Positions 28,955-38,879 of a stretch of DNA of 64,000 nucleotides are shown here, in pieces. The position numbers were made by a program, and so were the translations under genes. Origin of the DNA: Verrucomicrobiota bacterium. Its GTDB lineage: Bacteria; Verrucomicrobiota; Verrucomicrobiia; Limisphaerales; JBBRPK01. A model generated the notes under the pieces. That model saw only the letters and a list, made by a program, of their open reading frames with translations. It did not search any database and had not been told where the DNA came from. The stretch covers positions 5,813-69,812 of the forward strand of contig JBBRPK010000007.1 of the NCBI GenBank assembly GCA_038228235.1, in the 5' to 3' direction. Position 1 is the stretch's first letter. Each line of letters starts with the position of its first letter.

Positions 28955-30391
28955 ATGGCAAAAAAAGAAATCGCAAAAGTAGCAACCCCCCGCAGCGTGC
29001 TGGAGTTGGCCAAAAAGCAAGGCGCCAAAATGTTCGACATCAAGTTTGTCGATACCTTCGGCACCTGGCAGCACTTCAGTTGTCCCATTGATGAACTGAG
29101 CGAAGAGATCTTCTCGGAAGGACTAGGCTTCGACGGTTCTTCCATCCGGGGATGGAAATCCATTGAAGCTTCGGACATGCTGGCCATGCCCGACCCGGCC
29201 AGCGCGTTTATCGACCCCTTCTGCGCCGTGCCTACTTTGTCCCTGACTTGCACCATCGCGGAAACCGGCACCCGCGAGGCTTACAACCGCGACCCCCGGG
29301 CCATTGCCGCCCACGCGGAAAAGTATTTGGCCAGCACGGGCCTAGCCGATGCGGCGGTGTTTGGTCCCGAGGCGGAGTTCTTCATTTTTGACAATGTTCA
29401 GTTTGACAGCAAATCCAACGGCACCTTTTACAGCGTGGACTCGGAGGAGGCGGTTTGGAACACCGGTCGTGATGAGATGCCCAACCTGGGCTACAAAATC
29501 CGGCACAAGGAAGGTTACTTCCCGGTGGCGCCCGCCGATACCCAGCAGGATATTCGCACAGAGATGTGCTTAATCATCGAGCAATTGGGAGTTAAAATCG
29601 AGCGTCAGCACCACGAGGTGGCGACGGCCGGCCAGGCGGAAATTGACTACCGCTTTGACACGCTGGTCAGGAGCGCCGATGCCATGATGGTCTATAAATA
29701 TGTGATTAAAAACGTGGCCAAGAAGCACGGCAAGACGGCCACCTTCATGCCAAAGCCGCTCTTCGGCGACAACGGCAGCGGCATGCACACTCATCAAAGC
29801 CTCTGGAAGAAGGGCAAGCCGCTGTTTGCCGGCAATGAGTACGCGGGCTTGTCGCAGATGGCCCTCTATTACATCGGGGGGCTGTTGAAGCATGCCAAGG
29901 CCCTGTGCGCTATATGCAACCCTACTACGAACAGTTACAAGCGGCTGGTGCCGGGTTATGAAGCGCCCGTCAACCTCGCTTACAGTTCCCGCAACCGTTC
30001 GGCCGCCATTCGCATCCCCACCTACAGCGAGAATCCCAAGAGCAAGCGCATTGAGTATCGGCCGCCCGATCCGGCGGCCAATCCTTATCTGGCTTTTGCG
30101 GCGATGCTCCTGGCAGGTTTGGACGGCGTCCAGAACAAGATTGATCCGGGAGAGCCGCTGGACAAAAATATCTACGAACTGCCGCCCGAAGAGCTGAAGA
30201 AAGTGCCCAACGTGGCGGGCAGCCTGGGTGAAGCGCTGGACTATCTGGAAGGCGACCACGATTTCCTGTTGAAAGGCGACGTGTTCACGAAGGACTTTCT
30301 CGAGATGTGGGTGAGCCACAAACGCAAGGAGCACGATGCCTTGCGCCTGCGTCCGCATCCCTACGAATTCTTTCTCTATTACGACGTGTAA
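28955..30391 (+). CDS. glnA: glutamine synthetase, type I
   Basis: Motifs seen are '[15 protein letters not shown]', '[11 protein letters not shown]', '[13 protein letters not shown]' and '[12 protein letters not shown]'. Confidence 0.95.
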   Translation: MAKKEIAKVATPRSVLELAKKQGAKMFDIKFVDTFGTWQHFSCPIDELSEEIFSEGLGFDGSSIRGWKSIEASDMLAMPDPASAFIDPFCAVPTLSLTCTIAETGTREAYNRDPRAIAAHAEKYLASTGLADAAVFGPEAEFFIFDNVQFDSKSNGTFYSVDSEEAVWNTGRDEMPNLGYKIRHKEGYFPVAPADTQQDIRTEMCLIIEQLGVKIERQHHEVATAGQAEIDYRFDTLVRSADAMMVYKYVIKNVAKKHGKTATFMPKPLFGDNGSGMHTHQSLWKKGKPLFAGNEYAGLSQMALYYIGGLLKHAKALCAICNPTTNSYKRLVPGYEAPVNLAYSSRNRSAAIRIPTYSENPKSKRIEYRPPDPAANPYLAFAAMLLAGLDGVQNKIDPGEPLDKNIYELPPEELKKVPNVAGSLGEALDYLEGDHDFLLKGDVFTKDFLEMWVSHKRKEHDALRLRPHPYEFFLYYDV

Positions 30392-30491
30392 AGGCAAGGC
30401 AGCCGCAGATTTTCAATTGCAAGTTCAGAGAGAATTCTCGGAACGGAAATCCCCGCATTGAATCCTGCAGCGGCCCCTCCCGCATTTTCCT

Positions 30492-30547
30492 GGCCCTCTC
30501 CTCCTCGATCGAGGAGAGGGCGGTGTGAGGAGCCGATTTCCTGACCA
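30492..30547 (+). repeat. REP-like ~55-bp palindromic element, copy 1
   Basis: The core is CCCTCTCCTCCTCGATCGAGGAGAGGG, followed by CGGTGTGAGGAGCCGATTTCC. By eye, about 85% of positions are identical to 33662-33718, in the same orientation. It is intergenic, between the convergent glnA and MFS genes. Confidence 0.7.
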
Positions 30548-30589
30548 AGGTCCAATAGGGGAGGGCCGTTTCGGATCCACACAGGCAGC

Positions 30590-31819
30590 TTATTCCTCCG
30601 CGAAAGCGATCCCGCGTTTCTCTTTTCCCACGGCAATCACCACGATGCCAAGGACGAAAACCGTCAACGCAGTCATGGCCATGGCGGTGGAGTATTTCAT
30701 GGTTTTAGCAAAGACTGCTTCGATGTAGCCGACACTGCCCGCCAGCAGGACTCCGCATTGATAGGCAAACCCTGGCAGGAACCCTCGCACAGAATCCGGC
30801 GAGAGCTCTGAAATGTGCGCCGGTATCACCCCCCAGGCTCCCTGCACCATGAACTGCATCAGAAAAACGCCGACGATGAGCAGCGACATAGTGGGCGCAT
30901 AGGCCCAAAGCGGAATGAGGAGCAGAGCCATGAACAAGGCTAACATCATCCCGCGGCGGCGCCCCATTCGATCGGAGAAGGCTCCAAAAACAATGCCTCC
31001 TGCCAAAGCTCCGATGTTGTAGATAATGGCGATTACAGCAACCGTTTTCGGAGCGAAGCCTCGCTGCTCCTTTAAAAAAGTGGGATACATATCCTGCGTG
31101 CCGTGGGAAATAAAATTCATCATCATCATCAATGCGGTCAGATACAAAAAGAGCTTCCAATGATGAAGGATTCCCCGCCCCAGGCTGCCCCAGTTTTCCG
31201 AGCGCGACTTTTCCCAAACCGCTGATTCCTTAACCTTAAACCGGACGAACAGGGCTAAGAGGGCAGGGAGGCCGCCGATGAAAAACATGGGGCGCCATCC
31301 CCATCGGGGGAATACGAAAAAATAGCAGCAAGCCGCCAGCAGATAACCCACGGCGTAGCCTTCCTGCAAAACACCGGAGAGGACCCCCCGCCATCGCGGT
31401 GGAACTTTTTCCATCGCTAAGGACGCGCCTACGCCCCATTCACCGCCCATGCCGACACCGAAGAGGGCGCGCAAAACGAAAAAAGTTGTGTAATTGGTGG
31501 CGAATCCGGAAAGCACTTCGATGACGGAATAAAAAACCAAATCAATCATCAGCGGCAATCGCCGCCCATAACGGTCAGCTAACAAGCCGAAAATCAGGGC
31601 TCCGATTGGCCGGCAGGCGAGGGTGGCGAAAATAGTGGCTGAGATGGCCGGAATAGAAGTATGAAATTCTGCCGCTAAATCCGAGACCACGAAGACCACG
31701 ATAAAAAAGTCGAACGCGTCGAGCGTCCATCCCAGGAAACTGGCCAGCAGAGCGTAGAGGTAATCCGCTTGGCCCGCCGCTTCCGGCGCGCGCTCGACGG
31801 CTGGCTTCGGGAGATCCAT
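30590..31819 (-). CDS. MFS transporter (sugar-acid/metabolite:H+ symporter-like)
   Basis: It has a 12-TM pattern and MFS motifs 'LADRYGRRLPLMI' and 'FSDRMGRRRGMML'. Confidence 0.85.
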   Translation of the reverse strand: MDLPKPAVERAPEAAGQADYLYALLASFLGWTLDAFDFFIVVFVVSDLAAEFHTSIPAISATIFATLACRPIGALIFGLLADRYGRRLPLMIDLVFYSVIEVLSGFATNYTTFFVLRALFGVGMGGEWGVGASLAMEKVPPRWRGVLSGVLQEGYAVGYLLAACCYFFVFPRWGWRPMFFIGGLPALLALFVRFKVKESAVWEKSRSENWGSLGRGILHHWKLFLYLTALMMMMNFISHGTQDMYPTFLKEQRGFAPKTVAVIAIIYNIGALAGGIVFGAFSDRMGRRRGMMLALFMALLLIPLWAYAPTMSLLIVGVFLMQFMVQGAWGVIPAHISELSPDSVRGFLPGFAYQCGVLLAGSVGYIEAVFAKTMKYSTAMAMTALTVFVLGIVVIAVGKEKRGIAFAEE

Positions 31820-31852
31820 GTCCCCAAGACTAAACAGAAACAGAGAGGAACT

Positions 31853-32116
31853 TCAAACGTTAGCTTCGCTGTCGTAGCAGAAATCGAAAAGGATGGCTTT
31901 GGCGTTCTCCAGCTTATCGCCGGCTGCTTTGAGAAGATCATCCACCTTGGCCAATTGGTCCAAAGCCTCGAGGCTCTGAATTGCGTTGGTGGAAAGATTT
32001 TCATTGATGGCTTGAATGTAACGATGGCGGCAGTAGTTAAGATCTATATGCACGTTCGCCAGGTCTTCCCATTGAAATGCTTTCAAACGTGGCTCAAGCG
32101 ATAGCGGCTGCTTCAT
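31853..32116 (-). CDS. hypothetical small protein (87 aa)
   Basis: The ORF ends 33 nt upstream of the MFS gene on the same strand. Its sequence is helical-looking and I recognised no family motif. Confidence 0.35.
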   Translation of the reverse strand: MKQPLSLEPRLKAFQWEDLANVHIDLNYCRHRYIQAINENLSTNAIQSLEALDQLAKVDDLLKAAGDKLENAKAILFDFCYDSEANV

Positions 32117-32230
32117 ACGATTCTTATCGTTACTGTGGCTGAAAAGTTGAGTCCGCTGCTGGCAGCCCGTTGGAAAACTGCATTCACCGGCGCAGTATCG
32201 TGGAGAGGAGTTTTAGCCACACTGACATTT

Positions 32231-33532
32231 TCAAAGATGGGACTTAAAGGGTGAGGCCAGCATCTCCATTAGCTTTGTGCCCAGCGAGCGATTCTTCCAT
32301 TCCTGAACACTCACTTCGCGCGCTTGCTTTTTATCCTCCTCGAAAATCCGGGTCTGCTCCCCCGCAAAGCCGGCTGCGAGCACGTTCAAATTTGCCTCGT
32401 CGTTGAGCCGAAAAGAACGGCCATCAATGTTAGCCGACCCCACCGAAACCCAGACATCATCCACGATCATTAATTTGCAATGATACATGGTGGGCTGGTA
32501 CTCGTAAATTTTTACGCCTGCCTTGAACAGAGGCCCCCATTTGGAGCGGGAGGCGTGCCGGACCAGGGCGGAATCGGTTTGCGAACCTGGCACGATGATT
32601 TCAACTTTTACCCCGCGTTTACAAGCTTCGAGCAACTGTTGAGTGATGAGCTTGCCAGGAATAAAATACGGCGCCGACAATCGAATATTCTTCCGGGCGG
32701 CGGCAATGGACAACAGGTACATCAAACGGATGCTTTCCGTTCCCTCGCGGGGAGAGCTTTTGAAAACTTGCGCGTAATCGTTTCCCACCGGTTTGAGTTC
32801 CGGGAAAAAGCACTCGCCATCCAAGACCCTCGCGCTGGTTTTCACCCAATTATCCATGAACGCCGCCTGCATTTGCGCAACCGCTGGACCTTCCAGGCGG
32901 AAGTGGGAATCGCGCCAACGATTTGGTGATTCCGCATTACCCAGCCAGATATCCGCCAAGCCCGCCCCGCCGATAAATCCGAGTCTCCCATCCACGATCA
33001 GGAGCTTCCGATGGTCGCGGTGGTTGATGCGCGCCAGGTTATACCAAACCAGCGGGTTGTAGCGCCTGACGTCAACGCCGCCGGCCTGCAAGACCTTCAG
33101 GCATTGGGAATCCAATCTTCTGGACCCAATCCGATCGAGCAAAACATGGACCTGCACGCCTGCCTGGGCTCGCTCTGCAAGAGCCTCAGCGAAGCGCTGG
33201 CCCACTTCCCCGGACCAGTAAATGTAAGTTTCCAGGTTTATAGACTTCCTGGCGCCGCGGATTGCTTCCAGCATCGCGGGAAAAATCTGGTCTCCGTTGA
33301 CTAGCCCGGTGATTCGGTTGCCCCCCACGATGGGGGGGCCCAGAAGTTGCCCCATGGAGCGCAGGAATTGAGGATCCTCCACTGTGTATTGCGGTTGGAT
33401 TTGGTATTGAATGCCTCGGCCGTGAAAGTTAGTGGTGCAGCCGGTCCCAGCCAGCGAGAGGACGAGGAGCCAGACAGATGTTAGGATCGGCCTCGAAGGC
33501 TTCTTCAAATCCGGCCGCGCGTTTTGTCCCAT
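32231..33532 (-). CDS. cls: cardiolipin synthase / phospholipase D-family lipoprotein
   Basis: It has two HKD motifs, 'HRKLLIVDGRLGFIGGAG' and 'HCKLMIVDDVWVSVGSANID'. The lipobox reads 'LSLAGTGC'. Confidence 0.85.
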   Translation of the reverse strand: MGQNARPDLKKPSRPILTSVWLLVLSLAGTGCTTNFHGRGIQYQIQPQYTVEDPQFLRSMGQLLGPPIVGGNRITGLVNGDQIFPAMLEAIRGARKSINLETYIYWSGEVGQRFAEALAERAQAGVQVHVLLDRIGSRRLDSQCLKVLQAGGVDVRRYNPLVWYNLARINHRDHRKLLIVDGRLGFIGGAGLADIWLGNAESPNRWRDSHFRLEGPAVAQMQAAFMDNWVKTSARVLDGECFFPELKPVGNDYAQVFKSSPREGTESIRLMYLLSIAAARKNIRLSAPYFIPGKLITQQLLEACKRGVKVEIIVPGSQTDSALVRHASRSKWGPLFKAGVKIYEYQPTMYHCKLMIVDDVWVSVGSANIDGRSFRLNDEANLNVLAAGFAGEQTRIFEEDKKQAREVSVQEWKNRSLGTKLMEMLASPFKSHL

Positions 33533-33661
33533 GCTGCAGAAGATTCTAAGCCATGGGGGAAGAATTCCAACGTGAAAATCGGTTTTTCACATGAGTAAAT
33601 GCAGGACGAGAGAACTCCCCGAAGTATCGGGGAAAGCATTGGTTCCGATGCCGCCGCCGGG

Positions 33662-33718
33662 CCCCCTCTCCTTCTCGATCGAGGAGAGGGCAGGGTGGGG
33701 AGTCGATTTTCCGGCCGA
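33662..33718 (+). repeat. REP-like ~55-bp palindromic element, copy 2
   Basis: The core is CCCTCTCCTTCTCGATCGAGGAGAGGG, followed by CAGGGTGGGGAGTCGATTTTCC. It lies in the cls / plsC-like intergenic region. Confidence 0.7.
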
Positions 33719-33729
33719 GGCGCAGCAGT

Positions 33730-34374
33730 TCATCCTTTCTCCTCCATTGGCTCCAACCTTGCAATGGCTCCCATAACCTGATCCGCGATTTCCTGATAGA
33801 TTTGTTTGCGCCGTTGATTGGAGGCAGTTTGCGCCTCTGCGCGCAGCTCCTGGAACTCCATTTGTCTCCCAAATTTTACCATCACACGGCGCGGGCGCGG
33901 GAACAGGGCCTTTCGGCCAAACGCTTCAAAAGTTCCAAAAACGCGCGCCGGTACGACGGGAGCGCTCGACTTAACTACCACCAAACCGATTCCGGAACGG
34001 CTCGGCTGCAAGTGGCCATCGGGCGTGCGGGTGCCTTCCGGGAAGAGAAGAATCGCTCCCCCGTGAAGCAGCCGATCCAGAATCGCCCTCAACCCACGGG
34101 CTCCACCGCCTTCGCGCTCCACCGGCACCACATCCCACAAGCGAAGCAGTGACCCGAGCACGGGTACTGAGAACAGGGTATCGCGCCCCAGATAATTCAA
34201 ACCTCGCGTCAGGGCGGCCCCGATCAGAGGAGGATCCAGAACGCTGGCATGATTAGCGGCGAGGATGACGGGCCCCTCCAGGGGCACTCTTTCGGGGTTA
34301 TACTTGCGCCATCGAAAATAAGCAGCGAAGGCGAGTTGGAATAAGCGCCAAAAGATAAAATATCCGAAATTCAT
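33730..34374 (-). CDS. plsC: 1-acyl-sn-glycerol-3-phosphate acyltransferase-like protein
   Basis: The HX4D motif reads 'ANHASVLDPP' and the 'FPEGTRT' motif is present. Confidence 0.8.
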   Translation of the reverse strand: MNFGYFIFWRLFQLAFAAYFRWRKYNPERVPLEGPVILAANHASVLDPPLIGAALTRGLNYLGRDTLFSVPVLGSLLRLWDVVPVEREGGGARGLRAILDRLLHGGAILLFPEGTRTPDGHLQPSRSGIGLVVVKSSAPVVPARVFGTFEAFGRKALFPRPRRVMVKFGRQMEFQELRAEAQTASNQRRKQIYQEIADQVMGAIARLEPMEEKG

Positions 34375-34553
34375 GCATTGGTTCCACAGAGCACCCTGAA
34401 GCGCTTGTCATTACCCACAACTCGGCCTTCGTCAATCCCAAACGGCGGCGGCTCTATTTTGCAGGGATCAGGGATGAATAAGGGCGTATTTCGCGGTCAG
34501 GGCAGCTTCACCAGTCGCACGGCCTTGGCCGCCTCGGGCAGAAAGCCTCCTTA

Positions 34554-35285
34554 TTAATCCATCCGGGTAGCCTCCCATTTGTTGGTGCGAGGTTGGCCAA
34601 AAAAGTTCAGTTCCATGTGGCCCAGGATTTTATCGCCGGACAGCTTGCCCGAGTATCGGTTGGTGAAAGTCTCGCCGTCGCGTTCCCTCTCCGTTTCAAA
34701 GGAGATGTGCCCACTTTTGAATCTTCCCTTCTTGATTTCGGATTCGCCGGCGCGCGTGGCGCTGAGCTTGCCAGTGAGCCTTTCCCCTTCCTGTTTGAGC
34801 GTCAGCGTCGATTCGGCCCTGAACCCCCCGCCTCCGAAGGCCACACTCCATTTCCAGACCCCACCCACGCCCGCCAGGCGCCGTGCGTCCCACTCATAGG
34901 TTTGGTCTTCGCCGTTCCAATTGGAGACCATTTTTCCGTGGATGGTGTTGCTGTTAAAAATCCCTGCATAGCGCGTCACAACCTCTCGTCCATCGCGCTC
35001 GCGCCTGACTTGGAAACTCACTTCATTTCCGTGAACCGTTAAATTGGTAATGGGGGCTTCGGTGCCCGCGCGGATGCGGGTGCTGCCCGCCAACTCACCG
35101 TCTTCCATCAATTTGAGCTCGAGGCGGGGCATGACTTGGCTGCCGTCCGGCATGGTGAAAGTCCACTTCCAAATGCCCTCCAGTTTAGAAGCGTTGTCCG
35201 GTTCCTGGCCATAGCTAACGGGAGTGAAGTGGACGAGGACAGCCAAGACGAGAGCTTGAACCGCCCACGCAAAGTGTATTTTCAT
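34554..35285 (-). CDS. secreted protein with two ~100-aa internal repeats (lipocalin/beta-barrel-like), unknown function
   Basis: The signal peptide is 'VQALVLAVLVHFTPVSYGQ'. The repeats start 'LEGIWKWTFTMPDG..' and 'VGGVWKWSVAFGGGG..'. Both contain 'RERDG(R/E)..TxRY(A/S)G' and 'I(H/L)G(K/H)M'. The start lies 4 nt after the stop of the upstream gene. Confidence 0.7.
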   Translation of the reverse strand: MKIHFAWAVQALVLAVLVHFTPVSYGQEPDNASKLEGIWKWTFTMPDGSQVMPRLELKLMEDGELAGSTRIRAGTEAPITNLTVHGNEVSFQVRRERDGREVVTRYAGIFNSNTIHGKMVSNWNGEDQTYEWDARRLAGVGGVWKWSVAFGGGGFRAESTLTLKQEGERLTGKLSATRAGESEIKKGRFKSGHISFETERERDGETFTNRYSGKLSGDKILGHMELNFFGQPRTNKWEATRMD

Positions 35286-35288
35286 ACT

Positions 35289-38200
35289 TTACTTCCGGGT
35301 AATCGTTTTGTCAGCCCTCACGTGAAACCTCAGCGTCATCTTTTCTTCATTCCGGTTGTTGCGCCCACTGTAGAATACATCGATTCTGTCACCCTTGTCA
35401 GTCACGCTCAGCAGGCCAAAACAACCTTCGCCATTTCGGACGCGATACACGCCTTCACTGTAAGGACCACCCTTGAGCGAGGAGGTTTGATCGAGTGGGG
35501 CCGCGCACATCACCGGGATGGGGGCGCCTCCATCGGTGGCGTAATCGGAGTGGGTTCCGTCATCGGCGGCGAGCATGTGCGAATCCCCATGCAAGATGCA
35601 CAGGCCGTGGATATGGTTGGACTTGACGAAATCGGCAATCTCGCGCCGCTCTGCGCTGAAGACGCTCCAATGGTCCTCGTCGGGGGGAGGCCGGAATCGG
35701 TTCGTCCGGTTAATGGGGGTCTCGATCAGATTGTTATGGTGCATCCACCCGAAGGCATTGGTGGAGACGCGGCGGTAGGGACTCTTGCCGGCTTCGCCAA
35801 TCCATGGGACAGAACTCACCCAGCAAATGAGGGGGTAGGCGCCGTTGGCGGCGAGCAACTCATTTTTAAACCACTCTTTTTGTTTCCTGCCCAACATCGA
35901 TTTTTTGGCGTTGTCCTTTTGCTTCGCCTCGTCTCGCTCGGAGCGCAAATCGGTGAGGATAAACTTCACTCGGCCGACCACGAATGTTTGCGAAATGGGG
36001 ATGTCGCCCTCGCCAAAGGCCAGCGGATAATGGGGCACATATTCCTGATAACTCAGACGCGAGGCGACGCGCGATTTGGATTTGTGATCGGTATTGTTGC
36101 CGCCGAAATCATGATCGTCCCACATGTAAACGAAGGGCACGTGACGATACAACTCCGCTTGTTGAGGGGAGGCCAGCACGGTGTCATAACCCGCCCGGAA
36201 GCGCGCTCGATTATTTGTCTGGATGTCCAGGTAATGAAAATCGCCCATGTTCATGTAAAAAAGCGGATGGTGCTCGCGAATTCGATCAAAGACCTCGTTG
36301 GTGGAAGCAGTATGAGCGCAGGAAGCAAAAGCAAACTGGAATGAGGCTGGTCCGGGTGTGGGGAAGGTGCTGAACTCCCCGCGTGAGGCTCGATCCAGCC
36401 GGCCGTTAATTTCCAGCGCGTAATAGTAGTGCGTGTCAGGCTGCAAGCTCTCCAAATTGAACGAAACGATGTCATAGTGGTTGGTCTCGGCCTGAACCGG
36501 TGGCGCATAGAGCAGGCGGGTGAGCAGCGGATTCCGGCTGACAGCCAGGCGGGCCGCCATTCCTTCGTAGGGCAGCTTCGCTTTGACTAATACCGAAGTG
36601 GGCGTTACTGCGCCACTCCATGGTCCGCGGTCCACCAGAGTATAATCGATTCCCAGCTGCGCGATCAAAAAGGAATAAACATCCGCCAGTTCCTGGATTC
36701 GTTCGTCCAGGGCGGTGCCAATGCCGTGTCCGCTGCTGGAACTGGTCCGCAGCAGCACCGGGCGTTTTGAGCTTGTGGCCGCCTGCAACCGCGCCGTCAT
36801 TTTGCGGGAATGCGCGGGGTTGACTCTTCCATCATTCTCGCCGGTCATCATCAGCACCGCCGGGTATGCGGATTTATTTTTTACGTGGTGGTAGGGTGAA
36901 TAGGCATACAATGCTTGAAATTGCTCGGGAACTTTCACCGACCCGAACTCCGTCACGTTGAACGCGCCGTTCGGGTCCAGCTCGACGCGCAGCATGTCGT
37001 AGATGCCAACATGCGACACCACCGCCTGCATCAGCTCCGGATGCTGCGTCATCATCGCGCCCATCAACAATCCCCCATTGCTGCCGCCTTCGAGAGCGAG
37101 TTTGGCGGGCTTAGTGTAATTCGAGCGAATAAGGAATTCCGCGCAAGCGGCGAAATCGTCGAATACGTTTTGTTTGTTCGTCAGGTTCCCCCCTTTGTGC
37201 CAATCCTCGCCGAACTCGCCGCCGCCGCGAAGATTTGCGATGGCGATCACGCCGCCCTGATCCAGCCAGACATGGCGGGTGAAATCAAAGGAGGGGACCT
37301 GGCTGATGCCATAACCACCGTAGCCCGTCAGAACGGTGGGGTGCTCGCCGTCCAGACGCGCGCCTTTTTTCCGAATGATATTCAACGGCACGGACGTGCC
37401 ATCCTTCGATTTTGCAGTGGCGCGGATCACTTCCACGTCATCGAAGGAAATGGGTGTAGCGCCGGCCAGCGGGGTGGGATCGATTCGCTCTTTATCTTTG
37501 TGCGCATCGTAGCGCCACCAGGTGAAGGGTTCGGTATAAGCCTCCGTCCGTACCAGAACCTCATCACCCCGGGTGGCGAGCAATTGTTGCACGGCGGAAG
37601 ATGTTCTGAGGTTGGGATCGCGACTGGGCCGGCTGCCCGACGCGGTCCGGCTCGAGCCCCCACTGAATTTGCGCGCGGACTTTTCGATATCATCGAGAAA
37701 GACGACCTCCGAGGGGCCTCCCTTGAGGAGAACTACGCACAGGCCGCTTGCCGTGGGTTTGAAGTCCTGGATAACGTTCGTGCCTTCGGGAAGAACCGTC
37801 GTTGCATTTGCCAACTCGGGATGAGCTAAGGGCACGCGCAGAATTTTTCCTTTGGGGGCGTCCAACGTTGAGCGAAGGTACAAGGCTTCGTCTTTGCCCC
37901 ATTCAATATAGAGCGGATCGCGCCCGAACTCGGCCTGCTTGGCGTGATCCTCAAAACGGGTGACTTGTTTCCACTGGCCCATGGCATCGCGCAGGTAATG
38001 CGCGTAATCGCCGCCGTCGCCATTGGCCACCGTGGCGAGCAAGTGGCGGCCATCGGGACTGGCTTGAAGTTGAATTTCGGCGATGCGGGGCAGGTCTTTC
38101 CCGAACTCGTAACTGTCCTGTTCAGGCGGGGCGCCCAATTTATGAAAATAAACCTGTTGATAAAAGTTGAGGTCTTGATCTGAACGTTCTCCTTGCTGCG

Positions 38201-38879
38201 GGTAGCGCGTATAAAAAAAGCCTGACCCATCTGCGTTCCAAGCGGCGCTGCCGCCGGCCGTTGGAAATTGCACCCGCGGAATCGCTTCAGGGCGCTTCTG
38301 GCCGGTAGCCGTTTCATAGACGTACAGAGTCCCCTCCTCACTTCCATTTCCCGAGAGGGACACTGCGACCAATTGTCCGTCCAGCGAAGGAACATACCAA
38401 TCGATTGTCGTAGAGCCCTTGGCCCCCAACTCATTCGGATCGAGGATGACTTGCGCGGACTTTAAGTCATCGGCTGATTTGAGCGACATCAAGATGGGCT
38501 GCTGGGCGGGAGGCTGGAACTTGAGCAGGAACAATTTCCCTTTGCGCCAGGACAAGTCAAAATAATTGGGAGAAGTTTCGGCGAAGAGCCTCTGCAGGCG
38601 TTCCTGGAGAAAGGCGCGGGCCGGTAGTCTGTCGAGCATGCCACGGGCTTGTTGATTTTGCGCGGCGCTCCACTTGCGGACCGCCTCGTCAGCCCCGTTC
38701 TCCAGCCACTGATAATCGTCCTGGACCTTAACGCCGTGATACTGGTTGGTGACCGGCTTTTTGGGGCTCCTCACTTCGGCGTGGGAGGTGCAACCAGCGA
38801 GCATAAGGGGGCCCATCAGCACTGCGATCCCGTGACTCCAGAATTTAAAAGATGAGGCGACGGTTTTCAACCATTCCAT
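35289..38879 (-). CDS. lipoprotein fusion: prolyl oligopeptidase (S9A) N-terminal ~745 aa + PhoD-like metallophosphatase C-terminal ~450 aa
   Basis: The lipobox reads 'LMLAGCTS'. The S9A part carries 'YHGVKVQDDYQWLEN' and the catalytic triad context 'EGGSNGGLLMGA', 'TGENDGRV' and 'SSSGHGIG'. The PhoD-like part carries 'FAFASCAHT', 'MGDFHYLD', 'YMWDDHDFGGNN' and 'ILHGDSHMLAADDG'. It is a single uninterrupted 1196-aa ORF. Confidence 0.85.
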   Translation of the reverse strand: MEWLKTVASSFKFWSHGIAVLMGPLMLAGCTSHAEVRSPKKPVTNQYHGVKVQDDYQWLENGADEAVRKWSAAQNQQARGMLDRLPARAFLQERLQRLFAETSPNYFDLSWRKGKLFLLKFQPPAQQPILMSLKSADDLKSAQVILDPNELGAKGSTTIDWYVPSLDGQLVAVSLSGNGSEEGTLYVYETATGQKRPEAIPRVQFPTAGGSAAWNADGSGFFYTRYPQQGERSDQDLNFYQQVYFHKLGAPPEQDSYEFGKDLPRIAEIQLQASPDGRHLLATVANGDGGDYAHYLRDAMGQWKQVTRFEDHAKQAEFGRDPLYIEWGKDEALYLRSTLDAPKGKILRVPLAHPELANATTVLPEGTNVIQDFKPTASGLCVVLLKGGPSEVVFLDDIEKSARKFSGGSSRTASGSRPSRDPNLRTSSAVQQLLATRGDEVLVRTEAYTEPFTWWRYDAHKDKERIDPTPLAGATPISFDDVEVIRATAKSKDGTSVPLNIIRKKGARLDGEHPTVLTGYGGYGISQVPSFDFTRHVWLDQGGVIAIANLRGGGEFGEDWHKGGNLTNKQNVFDDFAACAEFLIRSNYTKPAKLALEGGSNGGLLMGAMMTQHPELMQAVVSHVGIYDMLRVELDPNGAFNVTEFGSVKVPEQFQALYAYSPYHHVKNKSAYPAVLMMTGENDGRVNPAHSRKMTARLQAATSSKRPVLLRTSSSSGHGIGTALDERIQELADVYSFLIAQLGIDYTLVDRGPWSGAVTPTSVLVKAKLPYEGMAARLAVSRNPLLTRLLYAPPVQAETNHYDIVSFNLESLQPDTHYYYALEINGRLDRASRGEFSTFPTPGPASFQFAFASCAHTASTNEVFDRIREHHPLFYMNMGDFHYLDIQTNNRARFRAGYDTVLASPQQAELYRHVPFVYMWDDHDFGGNNTDHKSKSRVASRLSYQEYVPHYPLAFGEGDIPISQTFVVGRVKFILTDLRSERDEAKQKDNAKKSMLGRKQKEWFKNELLAANGAYPLICWVSSVPWIGEAGKSPYRRVSTNAFGWMHHNNLIETPINRTNRFRPPPDEDHWSVFSAERREIADFVKSNHIHGLCILHGDSHMLAADDGTHSDYATDGGAPIPVMCAAPLDQTSSLKGGPYSEGVYRVRNGEGCFGLLSVTDKGDRIDVFYSGRNNRNEEKMTLRFHVRADKTITRK

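Noticed and set aside
30379-30636. Small ORFs across the REP-like elements (30379..30636 -, 30307..30528 +, 33546..33872 -, 33591..33776 +, 33599..33781 +).
   Set aside because: They are read-through translations of the palindromic repeat on both strands, with Gly/Arg/Glu-rich 'LLDRGEG' strings. They are not genes.
33321-33338. A third C6-N5-G7 palindrome (CCCCCCACGATGGGGGGG) resembling the cluster hairpin motif.
   Set aside because: It lies inside the cls coding sequence (encoding 'GPPIVGG'), lacks the TAT prefix and ATA suffix shared by the two intergenic copies, and has a different loop. It is probably coincidental.
35136-36344. A 402-aa ORF on the plus strand, antisense to the POP::PhoD gene.
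   Set aside because: It lies entirely within a well-supported minus-strand gene. Its composition is typical of a high-GC shadow frame and I saw no recognisable motif. The same reasoning applies to other long antisense ORFs: 6210..7304 (+), 16574..17560 (+), 22894..23934 (+), 25714..26535 (+), 29570..30397 (-), 36915..37829 (+), 41417..42295 (-), 3805..4656 (+) and 10875..11705 (+).
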